NCBI GenBank assembly: GCA_965235115.1
Contig: OZ249436.1
Coordinates: 26,352,001 to 26,416,000, forward strand
Origin: Laetmonice hystrix
Taxonomy: Eukaryota
DNA: 64,000 nt
Direction: 5' to 3'
Shown here piece by piece: positions 1 through 12,400 of the stretch (within the stretch, counting starts at the first letter, position 1; each line of letters begins with the position of its first letter). The notes below the pieces were generated by a model, which was not told the DNA's origin, did not search any database, and saw only the letters and a list, made by a program, of their open reading frames with translations. The position numbers were made by a program, and so were the translations under genes.

Positions 1-3000
1 CCTCCGGCCAGCCTGTCAATAAGCAAATAAAGGTCAGTATGTACCGCTTATCTCCCGCCTGCTTCAGCGGTCCTATGAAGTCCGTCTGGACACATTGAAA
101 TGGGTAATCCGGCGTATCCCACAACTCGCTGGAGCCTGTGGGTGTGGTGATCGTTTGCGCAATGCGCACGTGTTACATTGGTTAACATACCGGCTAATGT
201 CCGCGATCATTCCTGCCCAATAAAATTTGTCGGCAACTTTCCTTTTAACAGCCTCGCGTCCGAGATGTCCGCCGGCCAAAATGTCATTGTGTATGAGATA
301 AAGAACAGAATCTCTGAGCGGAGGTGGTACAACAATCCTCGGCTGAATTTTGACGTAACGTTTGTTACTGCCTGTTATATGTGGATAGTGACACAGAACG
401 CCTGGCGAAATAACATCCATGAAATCGGCTTTGAGCATAATCCTTGCCGCATCCGTCTTATCTTCCGGTATCACTCCCGACTCAATATACGAAATTAATT
501 GTGAGCATTCTCGGTCCTCCTGCTGAGCTTTGATGATCAACTCAATGTTAAGCTCATCAGGTGTCTGGCCCAAAGACCGATCCATAGCTGTGGCCATCAG
601 CTGATGGGTCCGTCCGTTGGGCTGTTCCCGTGTGTCCGTTCTTGCCTCTACCTGCTTGTCTACTGTCGTGTTTGCTGTGCTACGTTCTGTTCTCGTGGTT
701 CCGGCGCCTCGTTGATAGGCGGCTTGTGGACCGTACTCGACTCTCGCGGCTCCTGCGCCCCGTTGACAGGCGGCTTGTGGACCGTTCTCAACACTTGCGG
801 CTCCTGCGCCCCGTTGACGGGCGGCTTGTGGACCGTTCTCAAAACTTGCAGCTCCTGCGCCCCGTTGACAGGCGGCTTGTGGACTGTGCTTCATACTTGC
901 GGCTCCTGCGCCCCGTTTACAGGCGGCTTGTGGACCGTTCTCAATGCTTGCAGCTCCTGCGCCCCGTTGACGGGCGGCTTGTGGGCTGTTCTCAATATTT
1001 GCGGCTCCTGCGCCCCTTTGACGGGCGGCTTGTGGACCGTTCTCAATACTTGCAGCTCCTGCGCCCCGTTGACAGGCGGCTTGTGGGCTGTTCTCAATAT
1101 TTGCGGCTCCTGCGCCCCGTTGACGGGCGGCTTGTGGACCGTTCTTCACTGTAGCAGTGGGCAGACACCGGGAACGCTCACTCCGAGTATTGCAAATTTC
1201 CTTTTCTTCTTCCATCATTTCTGTCCCGACTGAAGGGAGACATTCGTTAATCGGCGGTTCCGTGCACTGAACTCTAGAAAGGTAGTCCGCCAGGTAATGT
1301 CGCTTCCCACTCTCATGTACAAAATCAATGTCAAATGCCCCTAAATACAGAGCCCACCGTCTGAGACGCGCTGACGGCGCCTTGCTGGCTGTACTCAACA
1401 ACGTAATGAGTGGCTTATGATGAGTCACCACGACCACGTGTGCGTCTTCCACCACGTCCTCAAAATGTTTAATGCCTCGTATAACGGAGAGCGCTTCCTT
1501 TTCTGTTACCGTGTAGTTTTCTTCAGCTTTGTTCATCGTAATCCCCCAAAAGGCAATCGGCCGATATATCCCATCCAGGCGGTGACATAACGCCGCAGCA
1601 CATGCCTTGTCACTACTGTCCGTCAGTAGGTAAAATGTCTCCTCAAAATTTGGGTGTATCAGCAGGGGTGGCGACACCAACGCTGCCTTCATTGTGTCAA
1701 ACGCTGACTGTTCCTTGTCTGTCCACTGAAATTTGACACCGGCCTTCAATAATGCGTACAGTGGGGCTGCTATGTCCGGAAATCTCGGTATGAATGTCCT
1801 GTAATAGGAACACAGGCCTAAGAAGGCCCGCACCGTCCTAACGTTGTGTGGCTGTCCAAAATGATCCACTTTATCTAATATCCGTGACTGGGCTGATATC
1901 CCATCCTTTGAGAGCCTGTATCCCAAGAAATCAATCTCTGTCCTGCACCACTCACACTTCTCTGGCTTCAGTCGTAATCCTGCCCGTATGAGCGCCTGCA
2001 GAACCAGGTCGATGTTCCTCGCATGTTCGGCAAATCCTGCATCCATTGAAATTATATCGTCCGAATATGAGCAACATATTTTCGGCACCAGTCCCCGTAG
2101 CACGAGAGACATCACTTTTGAGAATGCCCATGGGGCGCCAGCTAGTCCCATCGGAATTTTCCTGTACTGTAAGACGCCATGAACTGGTGCCTCGAAAGCC
2201 GTATATTTTCTTGAAGTTTCGTCAATTTCACACTGAAAATATCCTTGTCTCAAGTCCATTCGGCTATATATAACCGGTTTCTTTGCTGCAATTAACAAAA
2301 ACAAAGATCGTGCTATCGGCATGGGGAACTTGCTTTTCTTAGTTATTGCATTTAAAGCACGAAAATCGGTACACAGTCTGATGTCACCGTCTGGCTTCTT
2401 CACAACGACCAGGGGACTCCGCCAAACGCTCTCAGATGGCTCCAGTATCCCCATCTCTAATAACTCCTCAATCCTATCATTCAGACGTGTGACTTGTTTT
2501 GGCCCGTATCTGTACGGTGGCGACTGCACCGGACGAGCCCCGTCCTCAATCTCAATTGACATGGGCGCCATTGAACACGAGCCCAATTCCTGAAGTGTTG
2601 CTGCAAACGCTGCTCTATTCCTTTGTAGCATGCCCCGAAATTCCTCCTTCTGCTCCTCCGTTATATCGCACTGCGACAAGTCAAAGTCAATATTGCCCTG
2701 ACCTGTAACCTGAGAGTCCATTGCCAGTAATTGACGCCCATCGATATGGCGGCCACTCTCCTCTGCCATCGTAATAATATCCTCATCCACCCACGCTATC
2801 ACGTAATCCGGGGTGACGGTGAGCACTACATCTGTCGCGTTAATCATTGTAACACACACACTATTGTCTGACACTGTATTCAGTGACTTACCGATGAGCA
2901 CAGCCTCCGGTCCGGTCCCCGCAGGACAAATTAATACGTCGGTCCCATCAGGAACAGTCCTTGATAGGTTACAACACACAGCCACTTCCGAAAATGGTGG

Positions 3001-3477
3001 CAAATGAACGTCATTGCTTACATGTACTGTAACACAATCCCACAGCACAACTTGTCCGATATCGAAGTCTATAGTGGCCCTAGTAGCAACCAGAAAATCC
3101 CTGCCGATGATGACATCCTGTGTCAGGCCAGGTATTATCGTGAATTCAAAAGATAGATGCAAATGTCCAATTGCAAACTTCAGAGAGCATACTGTGGTGG
3201 CCGTAATCCTGCTGCCGTCTGCCAGTGTCACACTGTCACTCACTGATCTAGTATTTGTTATAATGTTACTCGGCATCCGTGTCATAAATTGAGGTGAAAC
3301 ATATGAATGACTGGCACCCGTGTCCATAGCTGCATACACCCTCTCCGATGCAATGTCTATAGGTAGAAGGGGTGGGAGTGCTATTTGTTTTTGAAAAGGC
3401 ATTATTACTGACTTCCCGTCCCTCTGACAGAGCCCTAGTGCCTTATGGCCTGTCGAGGGACGCCTGATCCGTTTCCC
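1..3477 (-). CDS. pol: Pol polyprotein (protease, RT, RNase H, integrase), probably reached by -1 frameshift; integrase broken by a frameshift near 125
   Basis: DTGA protease, YSDD RT, TDSS/EKEAL RNase H, HHCC zinc finger. The frame is open upstream of the ATG at 3402 back to 3480. The integrase core (WDTPDYPFQCVQTDFIGPL...RYILTFICLLTGWPE) continues in another frame below about 125. Confidence 0.92.
700..1145 (-). repeat. 51-bp coding tandem repeat, about 8.7 copies, inside pol
   Basis: Unit [G/S]PQAA[R/C]QRGAGAA[S/N]xE[N] (17 aa); 51-nt period, e.g. 769 to 820. Confidence 0.95.
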
Positions 3478-4919
3478 TGATCACTGTCACGACCCTGGCT
3501 TGGCTGCATTCCCGTCCGTTGGCGTTGGCCGGCCCGGCCGTGTCCGTCCTCCCTGAACCGGTTCAACCAGCGGCAATTCTCGTCTGAGTGTCCAAACATT
3601 TGATGGTGATGGCAGAACTGTCTCCCATCCTCGCCACGCTGCTGGTGCTGTCCACTGTGATAACGGCCCCTCCACTGTCTTTGATTCTGCGGCCCCCAAT
3701 GTTGACGGCTAGATGCTTGGTCGCCCCCTCCCTGGCGGGGGGCGGGGGGTCTGGCCGGCTGCCTCTGTCCCTTCTCTATGCGATCCAGCGCTGCTATTAT
3801 TTCCTCATAGCCCGATAGTGGGGACTTGTCCACGTAAGAGCATTCCTTATGTGCTCCATGCACCGACTCCAACCTTGATGCCGTCTCCACCGCCTCCGTA
3901 AAATTGGCAGGGTTCTGTACCGCTAACAGGCGGCTTAACGATGGCTCCAATCCCCCGATAAACACTGACATAATAACTCCATCCGATACCTCATACTGTC
4001 CCTGCTTTTGCCGCAGTTGTCCCGCAAATTCTAATGCTGTTTGCGCTTTCTGTTGTTTAAGTCCAAATAGGTCTCTATGTTTCTGCCATAACGGCCTCTT
4101 GTCATCAAAGATTTCCACCATGCGCTCCTTAAATGTAATATACGTCGACCGAGTCTCCACATCTAACGCTCTCATCCAGTCCGCCGCGCGACCCTTCAAC
4201 CCGTGTAATGCCATTGCCAGCGTATGGTCATTAGGCCAACCATAAATACGGGCCAAGCTTTCCGTTTCATCGAAATAATTACGTACCGACTCTTCCCCCT
4301 TCCTTGAGAACGTCGGCAGATGCAACGTGGGGAGTCTATACTGCGGTGTGTGTGTCGCCGTCACCGAGCTGCCATCATTCTCCACATCCCTCACTGGCCC
4401 ATCGGCTTGGATCGCTGCCCCGGCGCCGGCCTCCATCCCTCCATGGGGCAGGGGTCCCGGCTGCGGCGGAGGCTGCATGGCGATTTGCCCCGGCGGCGGA
4501 GCCTGCCCGGCCGGTGGGTCCTGGTGTGGGGGCGGGGCTGGTGGTGGGTCCTGCTCAGGCGGGCCGGCTGGCGGTTGTTGTTGAGGTGGTTGTTGTTCAG
4601 GCGGATCGGGTTGCGGATGCTGCTGAGGCTGCTGGCCTGGTAGCGGGTCCATCGCTCGTCGCTGTGGCCGTGTCTTGACCCGTGGGGGGCGGCTCGGTGG
4701 TGCAGGGGGGCCGGCTCGGCGCGTGGACGGGAGGTCAACTGTAGATTGGGAGCCAACCCCACCTGTTGCACCAACACTTGTGGACCTTAACTTTTGATCC
4801 TGGGCGGCCGACCTATGGCCCGCTGCTGTATTCACGACAAGTTGATTGCCATGTAATTCTACCTGAGTAAATTCAGGTTTTGACCGAAGTTGTCTTGTGT
4901 TCCAGAAAGACGAGCGCAT
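3435..4919 (-). CDS. gag: Gag (494 aa): Pro/Gln-rich N-terminus, capsid-like core, C-x2-H-x4-H-x4-C knuckle
   Basis: ORF track. LPTFS...LKGRAADW...LKQ retrotransposon Gag core; CHHHQMFGHSDENC motif. Confidence 0.9.
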   Translation of the reverse strand: MRSSFWNTRQLRSKPEFTQVELHGNQLVVNTAAGHRSAAQDQKLRSTSVGATGGVGSQSTVDLPSTRRAGPPAPPSRPPRVKTRPQRRAMDPLPGQQPQQHPQPDPPEQQPPQQQPPAGPPEQDPPPAPPPHQDPPAGQAPPPGQIAMQPPPQPGPLPHGGMEAGAGAAIQADGPVRDVENDGSSVTATHTPQYRLPTLHLPTFSRKGEESVRNYFDETESLARIYGWPNDHTLAMALHGLKGRAADWMRALDVETRSTYITFKERMVEIFDDKRPLWQKHRDLFGLKQQKAQTALEFAGQLRQKQGQYEVSDGVIMSVFIGGLEPSLSRLLAVQNPANFTEAVETASRLESVHGAHKECSYVDKSPLSGYEEIIAALDRIEKGQRQPARPPAPRQGGGDQASSRQHWGPQNQRQWRGRYHSGQHQQRGEDGRQFCHHHQMFGHSDENCRWLNRFREDGHGRAGQRQRTGMQPSQGRDSDQGNGSGVPRQAIRH

Positions 4920-5178
4920 CCGGAGGAGATCACCGCGAGGAGGCGCCTATGACATCTGTGACCCGCCGTGACTTGGAACAAAATAAATATAAAAACTTTA
5001 CATGGGCTGTTGTGTCGATTCTCTAGACTTCAAGGAATCATGTCACTCCTCATGGCTTAGGGGTACGCCGTCTCAGTTCCGCATCTCACCTCCACTATAG
5101 TGTTCTACTGTTCTCACTCAAAGTCTGTGTCTTGCACGTGTATCCACAATCGGTAACTTCCATGGTATGTCCAAAGTT

Positions 5179-5192
5179 TGTGTCCTCCACCA
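5179..5192 (-). promoter_or_regulatory. Primer binding site, tRNA-Ala-like
   Basis: TGGTGGAGGACAC just after the LTR. TGGTGGAG is complementary to the CUCCACCA 3' end of eukaryotic tRNA-Ala. Confidence 0.7.
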
Positions 5193-5194
5193 GA

Positions 5195-6190
5195 TGTGTT
5201 GGGGGGGTTTCTCATAAGATATGTCTTTGGTGGTTCAAAACGTTTGTGTGTTGAATATTGACTACCGTCTGAGGTTTGGGGAGCTTAGATCGGTAGAGCG
5301 AACTCACTTAGTCCTAACTTGAAGGTACCACGAATACCCTTCCCCGACACAATCATAAGTCCGCTTGACAGTTGACGAAGCTTTATTATATCAAATCTCC
5401 AGTGCATATAGACAATGTGGATGGGTGAGATTTGTCACAGCGAATAGAACCCGTATGTAGAAGAGTCATGCATGGCGGCTGTTAAAGAGCAAACAAGTAA
5501 CATCAGTCCATTCCGAAGTGGATTAAAATAACGTTTAAGTCCAGAAATGAATATGGATAACTATAAGTCCGTACGATTGCCTTATTCCTGAATGATAAAG
5601 TCCCGAAGTCCAAATGATTAATCCATGTAGGCCTAGTTAACAAATCCTTAATAGCGTGCTCGGCCGGTTAACAACTTCCATGCTTGAGTAACTCAATCCT
5701 GGCGAGGCATGTTCCGATTCATGTAGCTGGTAAATCCTTAAGATGTGTTCGAGTGATAAGTCCCGATTTCAGTAGCTTAATCCATGTGAATTATACTTCC
5801 GAGTCCTGTAGAGGGTAAATCCTTGAATGTAGTCCCGAAAACAACTTCCCTACTTCCTTAGCTTAAGCGATAATAATTTTGTACTCCCAAGTCATGTAGA
5901 TGGTAAATCCTTATGATGATAAATCCATAGTAAAGAGAATAACCCTAGTGGCTACTCCGACCTCCCAAATCCAACGCGCACCTCTCGTCCTGCCGCCTTG
6001 GGTTTTATATCGGCCCCATCCGGTCAAGTTTCCCTATATGCAAATTAGTTGGTACTCGCCGTTGTCCTCACGTCACCTCTGCCTTCCTCCATCGTTGTTT
6101 TTCCTTCTCGCCCGGCCTGCACCTGTTGACCCCTCTCATACGCTATTCTACCCCTATCTCCCCGTTTTGCTATATCTGTGTGCCAACACA
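5195..6190 (-). repeat. 5' LTR (996 bp)
   Basis: 8-bp terminal inverted repeat TGTGTTGG/CCAACACA. On the minus strand, TATAAAA near 6004-6010 and AATAAA near 5382-5387. PBS follows 2 nt after the LTR end. Confidence 0.88.
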
Positions 6191-6871
6191 GTATTATAAT
6201 CCAACCGTTACCCGTATATATTCCTAACCATGATATCGAGAGAGCTTTCCAAAGTTGCAGCCTCTGACATTAGGGGTGTGCGGTCATAGTCGTAAAGAAC
6301 AGAAGTAGTAGGCCTAATCCACCAATATTTCTATGTCAGCACAGTTACCAATCATTTACTGCCCATCCAGGCCCATAAAACTGTGCCAGGAATAAACTGG
6401 GTTATATGTAGCCACTGTCTCAGTAATGATGTCTGGTGTCGGGAAAGATTTGACGGCTCGGTCTAAACTCCGGCGCGCTATTCGGAGATCGGGTGGGGTT
6501 AAGGCAGGGAGAAGTCTGGAGCGCCTAGGAAAAGTTCGAATTCTATATTTGAAAAGGCGTATTCTGATGCAATATGGGACAGTTCGGTTTCAATGTTCTC
6601 CAATTGATAGCTATAATGGATTTACAATATAGGCCTATATTTTCAATAGCACGGGGGATGGCAATAACACCTCCAACAACCCTGGGCGTTCTTTTTTCAA
6701 TGGTTGAAAGTAGAAAGGAAGAAAACACAGGTGAGACGATTAGATGGTGCGCTGGCAAATGTCTCTGAGGCAACCAAATTTCATTTCTTAAGCTTGCGTC
6801 CGTGACAATATTTCATTGCGCTAACGAACATAATCCGTTTCAGTATGGAACTGAATTTTGTAGATCGTATA

Positions 6872-7495
6872 TCGGGTGTCCCAGAAAAAGTGAACCGCTT
6901 TTTGACAAGTATTTTCTCAGTGATAGATAAACCGAATTCATTGAAAATTTTAGGGTATCATCAACAAGTCTGCAAAATATCTAAAAGATCTAACAGAACT
7001 TATGCGAGTATTGTCAAATTCAAAACAGCATGTCAAAAAATCCAATATCAAAGGAAAACACTTATTTCAGTTTATGCTCAATGTGGCCTCCATCTTCCTT
7101 CATGACTAAAGGAAGCCGTTTCTTCGAAACAGAAATGCTTTTACGTATTTTTCCCACCGATATCTTCTCCCATGACATAATTATCCTGTCCTTTAACGCT
7201 GCTGGGGTCAATTTGGCTCTCAGTCCCCGGTAAACTTTCTCCTTCAGAGAGTTCCATATAGCATAATCCATGAACATGATGTAGGTCAGATTGCACAGTT
7301 TTAATATCGGATTTTTTGACATGCTGTTTTGAATTTGACAATACCCGCATAATTTCCGCCCGATCCTTTAGATATTTTGCAGACTTGTTGATGATACCCT
7401 AAGGTTATTGTGTGAAAATTTTTAAATGAAATAGGGTTATCTATCACTGAGAAAATACTTGTCAAAAAGCGGTTCACTTTTTCTGGGACACCCGA
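6872..7495 (-). mobile_element. Tc1/mariner deletion derivative with transposase C-terminal remnant
   Basis: Long TIRs starting TCGGGTGTCCCAGAAAAAG, TA on both flanks. Internal DYAIWNSLKEKVY...GGHIEH. Confidence 0.88.
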
Positions 7496-8099
7496 TATAT
7501 CACAACTACATTGGAACCATTTATAATGAGGGCCGACTTATACATGCTTTGGCCCTTATCTGCAGGCACGTCAGCCATGAACTGAAAAGAATTGAGTCAC
7601 GTTATATATTGGTGATAATTGAGTGAAAATAGCATGCAGCATTATTTTCATCTTACAAAAACCCCATCCCAGTGCCTACCGAGCCTAACTACTAGAGGAT
7701 GTCGTTAATTAATCGGCCAACACCTGCCGAAGATCAATGGCCGACCTCCGTGGATTCCAATTAGTACCGAGTTGTGATAAGTGATTTGCGCCTCCCCGGC
7801 GGAGAGGGGCACGTCAGCCGACGTAACGCCACGTGCTGCGAGAGTACGTCGTGCTCGACATCGCCCCCGGGGAAATGCGCAGTCTGAGAACCGTGGCCAC
7901 CTCTGGATAAACAACTGTCTTTGTCTTGGTTTACCCCCCCCCCTCCTCCCCAACCAGATTATGTCTCTCCGTTAAAAAAATATGACACCGGCAGAATGAA
8001 GGGGCGAATAGGGAGATGTATTTATATTTATGCTGGGGCCATTTTGCTGACAATGACAAGTGCCACGTGTAACCTCGGTCTATCCCCCTATAGCATATT

Positions 8100-8640
8100 C
8101 AGGCCTCCCAGTAGGGCCTACCTAGTGACAACTTTAAAGGACATCATACAAATCGATAGAGGACAGACATCTAACATTTAGAGGACATAGAGAACAATTT
8201 GACCCCTCCTGCCCTATCGTATACAACTGACTTTTTTTTCCATAAGAATGTAATTTTATTTTGAAACTTCAGATACAAAGCTTTATGTAGTAAACCTTAA
8301 CACATCAATCTTAAGCACAACTACTTAAATTACAATAATGTAGAACATTCTCTACCAAGGTACACGGTACATAATCAGTACTATTTCATAGGTCCCAAGT
8401 TCTAAGATTTGTAATGCCGAAGGCGCGAAGCGGGGTGTCCTCCCCAGAAAAAGATGAAAATTAAAGTGCCAAATACGCGTTTTCCTGGCATCTGGGAACA
8501 CAATCCAAGGTAGGCCTACAGGTAAAAAAGATGCAGCGCAACATCTCATTGAAGAAATAAAGGACATAGAGAACCATATAATATAAAAGATGGCAATAGA
8601 TTTACAAAATAGAGGAGTTAGAGGACATCTGGGAGGCCTG
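8100..8640. mobile_element. CAGG-terminal MITE with 6-bp TSD (hAT-like)
   Basis: TIR CAGGCCTCCCAG; CATATT at 8094-8099 and 8641-8646. Confidence 0.8.
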
Positions 8641-9414
8641 CATATTTGGAGTATTTAGTAGAATCACACACAATGTACACTACGGTCGTATACAGGGTGA
8701 GTTCAAAAAACGCTCTTTCTGCATTTGGCTCTTTGATCATCTTGATATGGTTGTTCACCTTGTTACATAACAAATATAGAGCGTGTTGTTCCCTGGCACC
8801 CGACATCACGATCAACACAGCATTTTGGAGGTGGCAAAGAGCTTTATCAGCTGTCCTTACCCAAAGCCCCTAAAACACAGTGTTTCTCATGGGATATTTC
8901 AATACACGTGTATCAGGATGTTACATGATTATGTCAGAAGCAGCGGACCACGCGCTCAACAACCATATCAAGATGATCACATAGCCAATGCAGTTTTTTT
9001 TATATTTCGAGGGGAAATTATCTTTTCAGGATTTCTGGAAAATTTTTTTTTTTTTTTTTTTTTTTTTGGGGGGGGGGGAGATGAGAGACTGGGGGGGACC
9101 TAAAAAAAGTCAGAAAACTTTGGGGGAGTAACTGATAAAAACGGGCCTGCAGGAACCCCGATTTTACAACTGCCCTGCCTTAGTGCGTTGTACATTAAAC
9201 ATCCCATAAAAGGCATATTAAAACGAATCGACATGAATATGACCGATTGTTTACGTGCCTTCTGAATAAATGAATTAAGTTAAAATAACAAAGACTTTAT
9301 AATAGTCTTCATTATTCACAGCAGGCAAAACATGAGCTCATCCAAAGAATAGTCAGCCAAATTGGGTCACATCAGCAGTGTCTTTAGCATAACCAAGGAG
9401 GCTGATGAGCCTAA

Positions 9415-12400
9415 AACCGCCATGGTATCTCCATCGAACTAATAAGCCATAGTAATGATGACTCTGAGGATAACAATAATAACTCTGTAGATGGTGACTC
9501 TGAGTCTACGAGTAACAATTCTGTTGATGGTGACTCTAAGTCTACTAGTAATGATTCTGTTGATGGTGACCCCGAGTCTATTAGAAATAATTCTGTTGAT
9601 GGTGACTCTAAGTCAAATAGTTTAAATCTTGCTGATGGTGACTCTGAGTCTATTAGAAATAATTCTGTGGATGGTAAGTCTAATAGTATAAATCTTGTTG
9701 ATGGTGACTCAGCGGCAAACAGTAACAATTGTGAAGATGATAACTCTGGACTATATTGTATTAATTGTAAAGAAGGTGAATCTGAGTCTAACAGTAATAA
9801 CTGTGAAGATGGTAACTATGTGTCTAAGAGTAAAAATAGTGATAATTGTGCTAATTGTGAAGATGGTAACTCTGAGTCTAATAGTAAAAATTGTGATAAT
9901 TGTGATAATTGTGAAGATGGTAACCCTGAGTCCAATCGTAAAAATTGTGAAAATTGTAAAGAGTATAATAGTAAAAATAGTGATAATTGTGAAGATGGCA
10001 ACTCTGTGACAAACAGGCATATTAATGAGGCTAAAGATTGTGCACATGGTAACGCTGAGTCCATTAGTCAGGTACCGGTAAATATAAATGGCGACTCCCA
10101 GAACATCACAGTTAAAGATTTCTCCAATTTAAACGGGTTCAAAATCGTTCACCTAAATACTCGAAGCCTACTGGCAAAGCTTGACAGCATCAAGCTAAAT
10201 TTTTCTCCACACACCAATGTTCTTTGCTTCACTGAAACTTGGTTTAAACCCGAACTGATGTTGGAACTCACCCAGATACCGAATTATAACCTGATTAGGA
10301 ATGATCGTAAGAACAGAAGAGGGGGTGGAACCTCCATATTCTTGAGAAATGAAATCAAATATGAAATAATAACTGAAGTGTCTGATAGAGATATTGAAAT
10401 GCAAGCCATAGTCATATCAGGCCAGAATGCTAAGAAAATAATACTGTAACCCTGTAAATGCAGTAAATACCATAAAAGACTGTCAACCAAATAACAAATA
10501 TGAGGCGGTGTGAAATTGTTATTTTAGGTGACCTGAATATGAATTACCTAGACGTTCATGCTGACACCTATAAATTATTGATGAGTTTAACGTGAAACAA
10601 TTAATTCAGAATAGTACCAGAATAAGTCTACAATGCAACTCTCTAATTGACCTCATCTTTACAAACATAAACAATATTTATGATTCAGGTTGCATTGAAT
10701 TTAATGTCAGTGACCACCTGCCTGTCTATATCATTAAAAAAAGAAAACGTGTAAATAGAGAGAAAACTTATGTTCAAAGTCGATGCTATAAAAACTATGA
10801 TAAAAACCAGATGCAAATGAATCTGAAACTAGACTGGTCTATATTTCATATTCTCGACAATATTGACGATATGTGGACAATGATCTACAAAGCAATAGAG
10901 TATGAAGTAAATCGGATGTGTCCATATAAAAAGTTCAAGATAACTACTAATAAACCTGAATGGATGACCAGGGAATTACTGGAATTTGAAACTGAAAGGG
11001 ATACTCTATTCAAAATATACACGCCTTGTGTAACACCAATCTCTCAGCATTTGTAAAGTTAACGGAAGACCATCTGTTAAAAATTCTTGAAAACCTTCCA
11101 TTAACTAAATCATCCGGTCTAAAAGAGATTAACACTCGAACATTGCTAGATGCTTTCAGCTGTATCCCTGAGATCCTAACCAAATTCTATAACTTCTCAC
11201 TTAATAATACACAAATACCTGCTAGCTTCAAAGTATCCAAAGTCACCCCGATCCCCAAAAAGGGCGACATTACCCTCATGAACAATCTACGCCCCATATC
11301 AAATACACCACTCCCAGCTAAAATACTAGAAAAACATGTTAACAATGAAATATACAAATACATGGAAAGCAACAACCTATTTTTCAAACGCCAACACGGT
11401 TTTAGAAAAGGAAAATCGACAATAAGGGCGGTACACAATATAACTAACAAATTATATGAGCACAAAAACAATGGAGAATATAGTATAGCGGTATTCTTAG
11501 ATCTCTCCAAAGCTTTTAATTGTGTAAACCATGACATCTTATGTAAGAAACTAGAAAGAGTAGGAATCACAGGTTACTGTAAAAAATGGATCATTGAATA
11601 CCTCAGAGATAGGCAGCAATATGTTCGAAATGGGGAGATAAACTCAGATTGCAAAACTATCAACTATGGAATCCCACAAGGTAGCGTATTAGGACCTCTT
11701 ACTTACCTTCTATATGTGAATGATATTATGGATTGTAAAATCACAATCTGACCTAAATACTTTTGCCGATGACACTGCTATGGTTGCCCACGGTAAAGTA
11801 CTAAGTGACGTAGTATTCCAAATCAAGAATGACGTGACCAAATTAACGGAGTGGTTCAATGCTAATAAGTTAACAGTAAACCTAGACAAAACGAAATGCA
11901 TGTTTTTCAACAAAAACGCACGTAGTGACGAAGAGCTGCCGCTAGTAAGTGTAAATGGAGTGAATCTAGAGTTAGTATCAAACTTCAAGTATCTCGGCAT
12001 AGTCATGGACAGCAAACTACGTTTTAATGCTCATATCAAAAATAGTATAAAAAAAGCAGGGCACAAAGTTTACATGTTGTCAAAAATAAGACAATTCATC
12101 AATACACATACGGCTCTAACAGTATTCAAGGCGATGATCCTTCCGTACATCGAGCATGGTAACATCTTTAATGGAACTTGCATTGAAGCCGATCAACATA
12201 GGTCACAAGTAATTCAGAATAGAGGATTAAAAATTGCCCTAGATAAGAACATTCTATATAGCACCGCTGACCTCCATATTGAAGCAAAAATTCTCCCTTG
12301 TAAATACAGAAGACTAATGATGCTACAGAAAATCCCTTTTAATGAAGTAAAAGAAAGCCAAATAAAAACGGACAACAGAGATATACGAACTAGAGCACAC

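Larger units (their letters stand above)
1..6190 (-). mobile_element. Ty3/Gypsy LTR retrotransposon (5' LTR, PBS, gag, pol; runs off left edge)
   Basis: LTR with TGTGTTGG...CCAACACA termini, then PBS, gag and pol in PR-RT-RH-IN order (Gypsy order). Confidence 0.95.

Noticed and set aside
700..1145. CRISPR-like array (also 30720-31335 and 34660-35190)
   Set aside because: Units are contiguous with no unique spacers, there are no cas genes, and the context is eukaryotic.
6200..7585. Possible exon from acceptor ~7582 (FMADVPADKGQSMYKSALII...) continuing across the Tc1 MITE
   Set aside because: Multiple stops after rejoining and no recognisable homology; not the missing epimerase exon.
9411..10064. 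Antisense and alternate-frame ORFs over the LINE repeats
   Set aside because: Shadows of a stop-poor tandem repeat.
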